Positions 53,984-63,985 of a stretch of DNA of 64,000 nucleotides are shown in pieces. The stretch spans positions 14,770-78,769 of the forward strand of contig JAZQCG010000005.1 in assembly GCA_045546155.1 (NCBI GenBank), written 5' to 3'. Both the position numbers and the translations under genes were made by a program. Under the pieces are notes generated by a model that was not told the origin of the DNA, searched no databases, and worked only from the letters and a program-made list of their open reading frames with translations. The stretch's first letter is position 1, and every line of letters begins with the position of its first letter. Origin of the DNA: Candidatus Enterousia sp. (GTDB taxonomy: Bacteria > Pseudomonadota > Alphaproteobacteria > Rs-D84).

Positions 53984-54094
53984 GCCGAATCCAAACGGTG
54001 GTTTAGTTTCGGCATAAAACACCGAACAAAATACCGCGGAAAACAGGGGATTTTAATAGGAATCTTTGCCGAATCTAAACCACCGTTTAGATTC
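53984..54094 (-). promoter_or_regulatory. Twin related hairpins in the 5' leader of the G/S/Y-rich protein gene
   Basis: Y is GAATCTAAAC-cacc-GTTTAGATTC (54071-54094, plus strand). X is GCCGAATCCAAAC-ggtg-GTTTAGTTTCGGC (53984-54013). The loops are complementary, and X and Y can pair over about 15 nt. Candidate -10 TATAAT at 54116-54111. Confidence 0.5.
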
Positions 54095-54344
54095 CTTAAC
54101 AATCCATGTAATTATACAGGCTTATCCACCATGTGTCTACCAATATTTTCATCATGTATTAAATATACATGGAAATTTTATTGCATCCATGCACAAATCG
54201 TCATATAATGAAAACAATATGAAACACGAATTTGTATTTTTTAGTTCTTCATCATCCCCGTTGGGGGAATAATTTATCTGTGTACTTTTTCATAATTTTG
54301 CATACAATAACAAACAATTAAACCAATCCATAAGGGGATAAAAT

Positions 54345-55622
54345 ATGTTGGATATTAAATTTATTCGTGAAAACCCAGCGACCGTTAAACGCGCATGCGA
54401 ATTAAAGGGCATCGTCGATAATACTGATAAAATCTTGGAACTGGATGCGCGCGTACGTGAACTGAAAACAATTACACAAACAAAAACTGCTGAAAAAAAT
54501 AAAATCACACGCGAAATTCCAACTGCCACTGACCGCGCACCACTGATTGCACGCAGCAAAGAAATCGCAAACGAAATCGCAGCAGACATGGCGGAATTGG
54601 CCACACGCGAATCCGAACTGGATGACTTATTGCATCGCGTCCCCCAGATTCCTGCTGAAACCGTCCCATTTGGCAAAAGCGATGCTGATAATGTTGAGGT
54701 TCGTCGCATCGGCACCCCACGTGAATTTGATTTCACCCCACGCGCACAATGGGATTTGCTGGAAATGAACGGATGGTGGAAACCTGAAAAAATTGCTAGC
54801 ATTTGCGGCACACGCACATATGCCCTGTTTGGCGAAGCGGCCGAACTGGAACTGGCCATACAAACATACGTTCTGCAAAAATTAATGGGCAAAGGATTCA
54901 CATTTGTAAACTGTCCATCAATTACAAAACCACAAACAATCTTTAATGCGGGGCACTTTATGGGTTCTGACCCATCGGTTATGGCAAACGATGTATTCAT
55001 GCTGACGGACACCGACCGATGCCTGGCGGGGACGGCGGAAATTATCTTAAATTCCCTGCATGAAAACGAAGTATTGAACGAAAAAGACCTGCCGATTAAA
55101 TACGCAGGATTTTCGCCATGTTTCCGCAAAGAAGCCGGTGCTGCTGGTCGCGACACCCGCGGAATCGTGCGTATACATCAATTTAACAAGGTTGAACAAT
55201 ACATATACTGCACCCCAGAACAATCAGACGAAATGCACGAACATTTGCTAAACAACCTGTGCGAAGTAATGGCAGATTTGGAATTACCATACCGCGTAAT
55301 CGAAGCCTGTACCGGCGACATGGGATTTAACAAGGTAAAAATGCACGACGTCGAAGCCTGGTTCCCAAGCGAAGGCGCATATCGCGAATTAGGCTCTTGT
55401 TCATCGATTGGACAATTCCAGGCCCGTCGCACCAACACGCGTTACCGCGCTGCGGACGGTTCGCTTCAATTCTGTGCAACTTTGAATAACACAGGGATTG
55501 CCCTGCCACGTGCGATTGTACCGGTAATTGAAAACCACCAGAACCCAGACGGCTCGGTAAATATTCCAAAATGTTTACAACCGTTAATGGGTGGACGCAC
55601 CAAAATCGGTGGCAAACACTAA
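54345..55622 (+). CDS. serS: Serine--tRNA ligase
   Basis: N-terminal coiled coil (MLDIKFIRENP...) and class II motifs (FSPCFRKEAGAAGRDTRGI, HQFNKVE, GTALPR-like NNTGIALPRAIV). Confidence 0.93.
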   Translation: MLDIKFIRENPATVKRACELKGIVDNTDKILELDARVRELKTITQTKTAEKNKITREIPTATDRAPLIARSKEIANEIAADMAELATRESELDDLLHRVPQIPAETVPFGKSDADNVEVRRIGTPREFDFTPRAQWDLLEMNGWWKPEKIASICGTRTYALFGEAAELELAIQTYVLQKLMGKGFTFVNCPSITKPQTIFNAGHFMGSDPSVMANDVFMLTDTDRCLAGTAEIILNSLHENEVLNEKDLPIKYAGFSPCFRKEAGAAGRDTRGIVRIHQFNKVEQYIYCTPEQSDEMHEHLLNNLCEVMADLELPYRVIEACTGDMGFNKVKMHDVEAWFPSEGAYRELGSCSSIGQFQARRTNTRYRAADGSLQFCATLNNTGIALPRAIVPVIENHQNPDGSVNIPKCLQPLMGGRTKIGGKH

Positions 55623-55623
55623 T

Positions 55624-55653
55624 AAAAAATCCCGGCAATGCCGGGGTTTTTTT
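55624..55653. terminator. Bidirectional terminator
   Basis: AAAAAATCCCGGCA-at-GCCGGGGTTTTTTT between convergent serS and the gene at 55652. Confidence 0.8.
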
Positions 55654-56257
55654 AACGTTGAAAATTATGCACCATTTGTTTCAACGGACGCACCAATGGA
55701 TTTGATTCCATAATATCTACAATTTTTTGTGTTTTACGTGCCACATTAACGATTTCTTTTGCGAATTTATCAGAATTTTCACGAATATATAATTGCAAAG
55801 AAGTTCTATCATATTCCCAATTTTGCATCAACCCTGCCAATTTGTACAAATCGCTGTATAGTTCGTGTGAATAGCATGCATTTTTTACATTTTCAATAAA
55901 CTGTTCACGTGGCCCATGCACAATGTAAAACGAATCCACAACCCCAATTCCTTTGGATTTTGCATATTCAACCGCACGGTTGTTCCACACATCCTGTGTC
56001 GCGGCACGCGAAAAGTACGCAGCCGGATTATTAAAAACATTTTCCAGATAACGCAATCCCCCAGCCGCTTCACGACGTTCTTCTTTAGTCAGATTTTTCC
56101 AACGTTTTTTCAAATCTGCGCGAATAAAATAGTAATAGTTAAACAGCGCAATTTTCATCTGCGCATAAATAAAATCTGTCCATTCGCCACTACGCCCATT
56201 TAACCCAGGACGCTTCATTAACAAATTTTTCTTCATTTCAAACTCCTTTGGTTTCAA
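55652..56257 (-). CDS. Hypothetical protein
   Basis: Long ORF with ordinary composition. No motif recognised. The start could be the internal MKKNLLMK. Confidence 0.55.
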   Translation of the reverse strand: MKPKEFEMKKNLLMKRPGLNGRSGEWTDFIYAQMKIALFNYYYFIRADLKKRWKNLTKEERREAAGGLRYLENVFNNPAAYFSRAATQDVWNNRAVEYAKSKGIGVVDSFYIVHGPREQFIENVKNACYSHELYSDLYKLAGLMQNWEYDRTSLQLYIRENSDKFAKEIVNVARKTQKIVDIMESNPLVRPLKQMVHNFQR

Positions 56258-56382
56258 TCAAACCCACATTTATAAATATAGACAAAAACACACAAAAGTC
56301 AATATTTTTGATATAAATTCTTGATATTTGGATTTTTTCATATAAAATTATCAGCCGACACAAAAATCTAAGGATAATACAA

Positions 56383-58215
56383 ATGAAAATTCGCAACATT
56401 GCAATTATTGCGCACGTTGACCACGGAAAAACAACATTGGTTGACAACATGCTGAAACAGGCGGGCACATTCCGCGACAACGAACATATTGACGACCGCG
56501 TCATGGACAGCGGCGACATCGAACGCGAACGTGGGATTACAATTTCAGCCAAGCCTACATCAATCCAATGGGGCGAATACAAGATTAACATTGTAGACAC
56601 ACCGGGACACGCTGACTTTGGTGGCGAAGTAGAACGCATTTTATCCATGGTTGATGGGGTTGTACTGTTGGTTGACAGTTCCGAAGGCCCACTGCCACAA
56701 ACTAAATTCGTATTATCCAAGGCATTAAAACTGGGGCTGCGTCCGATTGTATGTATCAACAAAATCGACCGTAGTGACGCCCGCCCAGACGAAGTTTTAT
56801 CTGAAACATTTGATTTGTTTGATAAATTGGGGGCAACGGATTCCCAACTTGATTTCCCATACTTGTATTCGGTTGGGCGTGACGGTTGGGCGGTTCGCGA
56901 CCTGAATGACGAGCGCAAGGATTTAACCCCCCTGTTCCAGTTAATTGTTGACCATGTACCGGCCCCCGATTGCAACGGAACACGTTGCCAACTGGATGCG
57001 CCATTTACAATGCTGGCAACGACCTTGGAAGCTGATCCATACGTTGGTCGCATCTTGACCGGAAAAATCGAATCCGGCACTGTTCGCGTTGGTCAATCAG
57101 TCAAAGCCATCAACATGAACGGCGAATTTATCGAAAACGCAAAAATTACAAAAATCATTGAACACCGTGGTGTTGAAAAGATCTCACGCGACACTGCATC
57201 CGCCGGTGACATTGTCGTTGTAGCTGGATTTTCTAAGGCAACCGTATCTGACACCCTGTGTGACCCAAGTGTTACTGAACCAATCCCTGCAATGCCAATT
57301 GATCCACCAACCCTGACAATGACGTTCTTTGTAAACACATCACCGTTGGCGGGGAAAAGCGGTAAAAAATTAACATCCCGTATGATTGGCGAACGCCTGT
57401 TCAAAGAAGCCGAAACTAATATCGCATTAAAAGTTGAACAAAGTGAAAACAACGAAGCTTTTGAAGTTTCTGGTCGTGGCGAATTACAATTGGGGATTTT
57501 AATTGAAACAATGCGCCGTGAAGGATTTGAACTGTCCGTTTCCCGTCCACGCGTCGTTATGCACACCGATGAAAATGGCAATCGCCTTGAACCAATCGAA
57601 GACGTAGTTATTGACGTAGACGATGAATTCAGTGGTGTTGTAATTGAAAAAATGACTAAACGTCGTGCAACAATTACTGAAATGAAGGCATCTGGCAACG
57701 GCAAAACCCGTATCGTATTTTCAGCGCCATCACGCGGTCTGATTGGATACTTGTCTGAATTCCGCACAGACACACGTGGCACAGGCATTATGAATCGCGT
57801 ATTTGCAGAATACGGCGAATACCGTGGTCCAATTCAGCAATATCGCCCAGGTGTTCTTGTATCAATGGAAAAAGGTTCGGCTGCGACATACGCACTGTTT
57901 AACCTGCAACCACGTGGAACATTATTCATCGACCCCCAGACCGAGGTTTATTCCGGTATGATTATCGGCGAACACAGCAAAGAAAACGACCTGGAAGTAA
58001 ACCCGATTAAAGGTAAAGAATTAACCAACATGCGTTCGGTGACCGCTGATGAAAAATTATTCTTGGCCCCACCACGCCGCATTTCATTAGAAGAAGCCCT
58101 GTCTTATATCCTGGACGACGAATTGGTAGAGGTCACACCTGCTACAATTCGCCTGCGCAAAAAGGAATTAGACAGCAACACCCGCAAGAAGTTAAAGAAA
58201 CATATCGAAGAATAA
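56383..58215 (+). CDS. typA: Translational GTPase TypA/BipA
   Basis: IRNIAIIAHVDHGKTTL G1 motif, DTPGHADF, NKID, EF-G-like domains, 610 aa. Confidence 0.94.
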   Translation: MKIRNIAIIAHVDHGKTTLVDNMLKQAGTFRDNEHIDDRVMDSGDIERERGITISAKPTSIQWGEYKINIVDTPGHADFGGEVERILSMVDGVVLLVDSSEGPLPQTKFVLSKALKLGLRPIVCINKIDRSDARPDEVLSETFDLFDKLGATDSQLDFPYLYSVGRDGWAVRDLNDERKDLTPLFQLIVDHVPAPDCNGTRCQLDAPFTMLATTLEADPYVGRILTGKIESGTVRVGQSVKAINMNGEFIENAKITKIIEHRGVEKISRDTASAGDIVVVAGFSKATVSDTLCDPSVTEPIPAMPIDPPTLTMTFFVNTSPLAGKSGKKLTSRMIGERLFKEAETNIALKVEQSENNEAFEVSGRGELQLGILIETMRREGFELSVSRPRVVMHTDENGNRLEPIEDVVIDVDDEFSGVVIEKMTKRRATITEMKASGNGKTRIVFSAPSRGLIGYLSEFRTDTRGTGIMNRVFAEYGEYRGPIQQYRPGVLVSMEKGSAATYALFNLQPRGTLFIDPQTEVYSGMIIGEHSKENDLEVNPIKGKELTNMRSVTADEKLFLAPPRRISLEEALSYILDDELVEVTPATIRLRKKELDSNTRKKLKKHIEE

Positions 58216-58240
58216 AAACACCCGCCAATTGGCGGGTAAT
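58216..58240. terminator. Terminator hairpin between convergent typA and mnmE
   Basis: ACCCGCC-aatt-GGCGGGT flanked by A- and T-rich tracts. Confidence 0.7.
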
Positions 58241-59542
58241 TTATTTTCCTAAACACAATTGTCCAAATGTCATATCCAGTATTTCATTGGCTGTAATTGC
58301 CCCTAAAATTTTTCCAATCGCATCCGCCGCACGACGTGTATGTTCTGCAAAAATATCATAATTACCACCCGCCGCAATAGCACTTTCTAATTCTGAATAT
58401 GCCGATTCCAATAATGATTTGGTACGTGCATTTATTGATAAATCAGATTCACGTCCATCAAACATTTCATGAATTTTTTGACGAATAATATTCATTAAAT
58501 CTTGCATACCATCGCCTGTACGTGCCGATGTATAAATTGCATTTTTGCACGAACGTGTTTTCAACACATCAGACTTATTTACAACAACAATTTCATTTTG
58601 GCTAAAATCGCCCTCTGCCAGGGTTTCATGCGTATAGACACGAATAATAATATCTGAATTTTCTATTTCGTTCTTGGTTCGTTCAATGCCAATCGATTCA
58701 ATTTCATCCGTCGTTTCACGAATTCCGGCTGTATCTGATAAATTCACCATATACCCATCAATATCGATTGTCGCGGACACCACATCACGTGTCGTTCCCG
58801 CAACATCCGACACAATTGCACGATTTGAACCAACTAAATAATTAAATATTGATGATTTTCCCACATTTGTTACCCCCGCCAACGCGATATTTATCCCGCC
58901 ACGAATCGCACGTGCCACACGATAACCACGTAACGCCACACCAATTTCATCATACAGTTTTTTTGTCCGCGCCATAATTGTATCACCAATATTAGCCGGC
59001 AAATCATCAGGACTGTAATCCAGCATTGCTGCTGCAAACGCAGATATTTCAACCATCTGCGCACGCCAAGTGTTATAAATATCACTGTCGCGTCCCAACA
59101 TAGAGCGCAACGCATGCTTACGCTGATTATCAGTTTGCGCATCCAACAGTGCCGCCAAACCATCAACATCCGCCAAATCCATCTTGTTATTATAAAATGC
59201 GCGACGTGAAAATTCGCCTGGGGTCGCCATACGCATATTTAATGACGACAAATATTCAAACACCGCATTAATCACCGCCGGCGCACCATGGGTATGCAAT
59301 TCAATAACATCTTCGCCGGTAAAACTGTGCGGGGCTGGGAAATAAATAGCTAAACATTGATCAATTAAATCACCTGCTTTATCACACAAATTTGTAAAAT
59401 ACGCACGACGTGGCACAACCCCAGATTTATTTACAAATTTTGCAAATATGTCCTGCAGTCCTTCACCTGATATACGCACAACCGCAACACCAGATTTTCC
59501 ATGTCCACTTGATAAAGCAAAAATAGTATCGTTGTTATTCAT
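58241..59542 (-). CDS. mnmE: tRNA modification GTPase MnmE
   Basis: DTIFALSSG start region, G-domain GVTNVGKSS...DTAG and C-terminal ...LCLGK (CxGK) motif. Start at the ATG just after the ruvA stop. Confidence 0.9.
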   Translation of the reverse strand: MNNNDTIFALSSGHGKSGVAVVRISGEGLQDIFAKFVNKSGVVPRRAYFTNLCDKAGDLIDQCLAIYFPAPHSFTGEDVIELHTHGAPAVINAVFEYLSSLNMRMATPGEFSRRAFYNNKMDLADVDGLAALLDAQTDNQRKHALRSMLGRDSDIYNTWRAQMVEISAFAAAMLDYSPDDLPANIGDTIMARTKKLYDEIGVALRGYRVARAIRGGINIALAGVTNVGKSSIFNYLVGSNRAIVSDVAGTTRDVVSATIDIDGYMVNLSDTAGIRETTDEIESIGIERTKNEIENSDIIIRVYTHETLAEGDFSQNEIVVVNKSDVLKTRSCKNAIYTSARTGDGMQDLMNIIRQKIHEMFDGRESDLSINARTKSLLESAYSELESAIAAGGNYDIFAEHTRRAADAIGKILGAITANEILDMTFGQLCLGK

Positions 59543-59543
59543 C

Positions 59544-60137
59544 TTATTTATTACCACTTATTTCTTTTAATGCCATTGGCACCAATGCCGACACATCCGC
59601 CGCCGGATTTGCAGCAACCAATTTCTGCGCCATATCAATTATATCCAGACGACGATACCCCAATGCTTCCAGTGCCATTAACAAATCTGGCAACGCCGAC
59701 GAAGTCCCCGACGCGCCACCAGCCCCTGGGGCAAACAATGTTGCCGACACCCCACCGATTTTATTTTTTAGTTCTACGATGATTTTTTCAGCCACCTTTT
59801 TACCAACCCCTGGGGCGGTTGAAATGGTCTTTGCATCCCCCGTTGCAATCGCGGACATTAACATATCTGTACTAATTGTTCCCAATATAGTCATTGCAAC
59901 CTTGGGCCCAACACCCGACACACCCGTCAACATGTTAAACAGATTCTGGGCATTTAACGACGTAAACCCGAACAATCGTATAGAATCTTCGCGCACAACG
60001 GTTTCAATCCACAGTTCCACCGTAGATTTATGGGTTAAATATTCTGCTGTATGCACCTTGTACCCGACGCCATGCACCAATAAAATTACATATCCATCAC
60101 CGATATAGTCAACTATGCCTTGCAATTTGCCAATCAT
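59544..60137 (-). CDS. ruvA: Holliday junction branch-migration complex subunit RuvA
   Basis: MIGKLQG...VGYKV start, two HhH motifs (GVGPKVA, GVGKKVAE) and a C-terminal domain III. Confidence 0.9.
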   Translation of the reverse strand: MIGKLQGIVDYIGDGYVILLVHGVGYKVHTAEYLTHKSTVELWIETVVREDSIRLFGFTSLNAQNLFNMLTGVSGVGPKVAMTILGTISTDMLMSAIATGDAKTISTAPGVGKKVAEKIIVELKNKIGGVSATLFAPGAGGASGTSSALPDLLMALEALGYRRLDIIDMAQKLVAANPAADVSALVPMALKEISGNK

Positions 60138-60187
60138 CTGTTATCCTTTTGGGGTAATTTTAATCTAATTAAATAAAAAGGTCAAAT

Positions 60188-60904
60188 ATGAGTGGACACA
60201 GTAAATGGCATAATATTCAGCACAAAAAAGGCGCAGCCGACGCAGCACGCAGCGGTCTGTTTACAAAGCTGGCACGTGAAATCACAATGGCGGCAAAACT
60301 GGGCGACAAAAATCCAGACAACAACCCTCGCCTGCGTTTAGCTATTTTAACAGCACGCAAAAATTCAATGCCAAACGACAACATTAAACGCGCAATTGAA
60401 AAGGCATCCGGTGCAAACACCGAAAACTACGAAGCAGTAAGATACGAAGGATATGGCCCAGGCGCTGTTCCTGTTATTGTTGAAGCGTTAACAGACAATC
60501 CACGTCGTACTGTTCCAGAAATCCGTAATATATTTGCTAAAAATGGTGGAAACATGGGCGAAGAAGGCAGTGTTGTATTTATGTTCACACGTGCCGGTCA
60601 AATTATGTATCCTGCATCAATCGGCAAAACCGAAGATGAAATGATGGAAATCATCATGGATGCAAATGCAGACAACCTGGAAACAAGCGAAGAAGGCTTT
60701 ATCATCACAACAAAACCCGAAGACTTCATCAACGCCCAGAAATTCTTGTCTGATAAACTTGGCGAACCAGAACAGGCTGAATTAACCTGGATTCCAAACA
60801 TGCCAATGGATTTAGATGACGAAGCATATGCAAAAATTGAAAAATTGGTTGATGCACTGGATGCGAACGACGACGTTCAAAAAGTATTCACCGCCGCCGC
60901 ATAA
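60188..60904 (+). CDS. yebC: YebC/PmpR-family DNA-binding regulator
   Basis: MSGHSKWHNIQHKKGAADAARS start, which is diagnostic. Confidence 0.92.
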   Translation: MSGHSKWHNIQHKKGAADAARSGLFTKLAREITMAAKLGDKNPDNNPRLRLAILTARKNSMPNDNIKRAIEKASGANTENYEAVRYEGYGPGAVPVIVEALTDNPRRTVPEIRNIFAKNGGNMGEEGSVVFMFTRAGQIMYPASIGKTEDEMMEIIMDANADNLETSEEGFIITTKPEDFINAQKFLSDKLGEPEQAELTWIPNMPMDLDDEAYAKIEKLVDALDANDDVQKVFTAAA

Positions 60905-60921
60905 TGTTTTACTGTGTACTT

Positions 60922-60947
60922 AAAAACCGCCACATGGCGGTTTTTTT
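60922..60947 (+). terminator. Rho-independent terminator of yebC
   Basis: AAAAACCGCCA-cat-GGCGGTTTTTTT. Confidence 0.8.
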
Positions 60948-60971
60948 ACACACCTAAACCATAACAAAATT

Positions 60972-61003
60972 AAATCGGGCATCTGTGCAATGATGCCCGA
61001 TTT
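60972..61003 (-). terminator. Terminator downstream of the acyl-CoA ligase gene
   Basis: AAATCGGGCATC-attgcac-GATGCCCGATTT followed by a T-rich tail on the minus strand. Confidence 0.65.
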
Positions 61004-61024
61004 GCTTTTAAACGAATTATATTT

Positions 61025-62605
61025 TTATTCGTGTTTATCTGGATATTTACCATCAATCAAATTCTGACGTACAACATGGTGTTTAACCTTTTGTGTACTG
61101 GTCAATGGCAAATCTTCTGTTGTCATTGCAAAATGGGTTACCCATTTATAGCTGGCAACTTTTTTATTTGCCGCCGCAACCGCCGCAGACAATTTTTCCA
61201 TTGTCATGCTTGGTTCTACACTAAATACGCCATATGTAACTGTCTTGCCTTTGACAACATGTTCAAACACAGCGACATTTTTTACACCTGGGATTGTGAT
61301 AAACATCCCTTCCAGTTCGTCTGGATAAACATTTTTACCACTGTCCAAAACAATTACTTGCTTTTTACGACCCGCAAAGTGTAGTTCGCCGTTTTTATCC
61401 ATAGACACCATGTCACCCGTGTTAAAGAATCCGCGTTCATCGAACACTTCGGAATTAACACCTGGGTTATTCATGTATCCACCAAACACCTGGTGACCAC
61501 GCACCCACAGCACACCAACGCCTTCTTCGTTTTTATCACGAATTTCACATTCGTTATTTTGGGTTGGTCCACCAAAGGCAAACGGGAAACGCTTTTTTGT
61601 TGGTTTTGAAATACAGATTGGTCCAACGGTTTCTGTTAAACCATAACCTTGGATAAATGTCAGACCTAAACGTTCATAAAATGTTTCAACCTCTGGCTTG
61701 GTTGCAGCGCCACCCGCCACCAGCAAGCGCGCACGACCACCAAACACTTCCAGAATTGGTTTTTGAACCTTGCGCACCAGTGCGCCCAGGCCAATTTTTT
61801 CTAATTTTTTGCCATACTTCAAAACAAACGATACCAGCCACCATTTTTTCTGGGCTTTTACATTATCGATAATTTTGTTACGGAACACTTCCCACAAGCG
61901 TGGAACAGCCGGGATAACCTGGGGACGGAATTTTTTAAAGTCCGCCATAATTTCTTTTGGATTAACCGTTGGCTGTAATATAACGCCCGCACCAAAATGC
62001 AACGTAGCCAAGATTTCAACTGCAAAACCAAAAACATGGTACATTGGCAAAAATCCATACAGATAATCACCTGACTTGAACCAAGCCGCCATATCTTCCA
62101 ACGAATTCGCACATTCAGTCAAATTAAAGTGCGTCAATGGAACGACCTTTGGTGTACCGGTTGAACCCGACGTAAACGACATTGTCGCCACATCCAACGT
62201 TTCTATTGCAGCAGGTTTTAAATCTGGATTAACCTTGCCGTCTTTCTTGGTGATTTCATAGAATTTAAATTTATCAGTTTTATAGACAAAAGACTTTTCT
62301 GCACAAACCATTTTGCAATTTGTGATTTCTGCCATATTGTCATATTCATATGGTGTCAGATTTGTATCCAACAACAATACCGTTGCCCCCAAATACCACA
62401 AAGCAAACATGGTTATTGGAAACTCTGGAATATTATGGGATAAAACACCAACAACATCACCCTTCTTAACACCCGCCTTGTCCAGTGACGTGGCACGTGC
62501 TTTAACCAATTCTACAAAATCCTTGTACGTAACATTTTCGCGGACCAGATATAAATTATCTGGATATTTTGCCGCGGTCTGTTCCAGTAATTTGTACATA
62601 TTCAT
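61025..62605 (-). CDS. AMP-dependent synthetase/ligase (long-chain fatty-acid--CoA ligase-like)
   Basis: MSFTSGSTGTPKVV AMP-binding motif, GYGLTE, FNTGDM, and K near the C-terminus. Start at MNMYKLLEQ (SD AAGGAA). The ORF-track N-terminal extension overlaps xthA. Confidence 0.85.
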   Translation of the reverse strand: MNMYKLLEQTAAKYPDNLYLVRENVTYKDFVELVKARATSLDKAGVKKGDVVGVLSHNIPEFPITMFALWYLGATVLLLDTNLTPYEYDNMAEITNCKMVCAEKSFVYKTDKFKFYEITKKDGKVNPDLKPAAIETLDVATMSFTSGSTGTPKVVPLTHFNLTECANSLEDMAAWFKSGDYLYGFLPMYHVFGFAVEILATLHFGAGVILQPTVNPKEIMADFKKFRPQVIPAVPRLWEVFRNKIIDNVKAQKKWWLVSFVLKYGKKLEKIGLGALVRKVQKPILEVFGGRARLLVAGGAATKPEVETFYERLGLTFIQGYGLTETVGPICISKPTKKRFPFAFGGPTQNNECEIRDKNEEGVGVLWVRGHQVFGGYMNNPGVNSEVFDERGFFNTGDMVSMDKNGELHFAGRKKQVIVLDSGKNVYPDELEGMFITIPGVKNVAVFEHVVKGKTVTYGVFSVEPSMTMEKLSAAVAAANKKVASYKWVTHFAMTTEDLPLTSTQKVKHHVVRQNLIDGKYPDKHE

Positions 62606-62675
62606 ATCAAAAATTTCCTTGTTGTTTTTATATTGGACTGACGTTATTATACCTAAGAATAACAGGAAAGCAAAC

Positions 62676-63449
62676 ATGAAAATTTTAACACTTAATATCA
62701 ACAGTATTCGCGCGCATGCGCAAAGTTTCTTGGACATTTTACGCAGTGGCGAATACGATGTAATCATGGTCCAAGAAATAAAAGTAGAAAACGCAATGTT
62801 TCCACATAACCTGTTTGATGAATACGGATATAATGTAAAAGTATTCGGACAAAAATCATGGAACGGCGTTGCAGTATTTTCCAAATATTCTATCGAAGAT
62901 GTGACATGTGGCCTGCCAACATATGCGGATGTAAACGCACGTTTTCTTGAATGTGTAATAGACGGTCACATACGCATTATAAATGTATACATGCCAAATG
63001 GCGACACGGTTGAATCGCCTAAGTTTCCATATAAACTAGAATGGATGAACGCATTTACAAAATACATATCACAATACACCAATTCACCAGAAGCCGTTAT
63101 CATCGGCGGCGATTTTAACGTTGCAATCGAAGATCGCGACATCTGGAAGCCCAAGAATTACGAAGGCATTGCAATTTCTGCCCCCGCAGCACGCGACATA
63201 ATGAACCAATGGCTAAACATGGGATGGATTGATGCATGGCGCGCCCTGCACCCAGACGAAATTGATTACACATGGTATGGCTATCGCGGTCGTGACACTG
63301 TTGGGAACAAGCAAGGACTGCGACTGGATTACTTCCTGTGCAATACCACCGCAATGAACATGGTAAAAAATTGTGAAATAAATATTGAACCACGTCTGGC
63401 GGAAAAACCAACCGACCACTGTGGTCTTATGATTACGTTAAAGGAATAA
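62676..63449 (+). CDS. xthA: Exodeoxyribonuclease III
   Basis: MKILTLNINSIRA start, QEIK, GDFNV, and DH near the end (PTDHCGL). Start at the internal ATG of the ORF-track ORF. Confidence 0.9.
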   Translation: MKILTLNINSIRAHAQSFLDILRSGEYDVIMVQEIKVENAMFPHNLFDEYGYNVKVFGQKSWNGVAVFSKYSIEDVTCGLPTYADVNARFLECVIDGHIRIINVYMPNGDTVESPKFPYKLEWMNAFTKYISQYTNSPEAVIIGGDFNVAIEDRDIWKPKNYEGIAISAPAARDIMNQWLNMGWIDAWRALHPDEIDYTWYGYRGRDTVGNKQGLRLDYFLCNTTAMNMVKNCEINIEPRLAEKPTDHCGLMITLKE

Positions 63450-63451
63450 AA

Positions 63452-63985
63452 ATGCTACGCCTTGTTGTGCCAAGTCCCGACCTGGTGCACATCATCAGTC
63501 CGCACATTAATCAATTTGCCTCAGACACAGGCAAATTTCAAACCAACGATGTCAAGCGCCTGGTCTATGCACATAAAAACAATGATTGGGATGGATATTT
63601 TCAAAAACTACACGATGACGAACATAAAATAAATTCGCACGACGGATGGCTGCCTACAAAAACCTGGTGGTTAATGGATAATGATAATTTTGTTGGCGTA
63701 TGCTCTTTGCGCCTTGGAAACACCCCCGAATTATTACACCGTGGCGGGAATACATCTGTGGAAATATTACCATCGATGCGCGGTCGTGGATATGGTCGCG
63801 ACAGCTTAAAACTGCGCATAGACATGGCAAAAAAATTGGGTATGAAATCATTATTAATAACATGCGATGCAAACAATATAATATCACTTAATAATATAAA
63901 AAAGATTGTTCAAACATATAATGGCATCGAAACCGCCGCACCAAATGGCGAAAAAGCATTTATAATAAAATTATCCGACAAATAA
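63452..63985 (+). CDS. GNAT-family acetyltransferase
   Basis: Acetyl-CoA-binding-type segment ILPSMRGRGYGRDSLKL. 177 aa. Confidence 0.7.
   Translation: MLRLVVPSPDLVHIISPHINQFASDTGKFQTNDVKRLVYAHKNNDWDGYFQKLHDDEHKINSHDGWLPTKTWWLMDNDNFVGVCSLRLGNTPELLHRGGNTSVEILPSMRGRGYGRDSLKLRIDMAKKLGMKSLLITCDANNIISLNNIKKIVQTYNGIETAAPNGEKAFIIKLSDK

Noticed and set aside
54290-55156. 288-aa ORF on the minus strand
   Set aside because: It is fully antisense to the strongly supported serS. It has a Ser/Arg/Ala-rich low-complexity translation typical of an antisense frame, and no motif.
56238-57788. Two long minus-strand ORFs (280 aa and 231 aa)
   Set aside because: They are antisense to typA/bipA. Their Ser/Arg/Pro-rich compositions are shadow frames of a highly conserved gene.
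62313-62884. Overlapping N-terminal extensions of xthA (plus strand) and the acyl-CoA ligase gene (minus strand)
   Set aside because: The extensions overlap each other and lack homology. The internal starts MKILTLNINS (62676) and MNMYKLLEQ (62605) match the family N-termini and leave a sensible divergent promoter gap.
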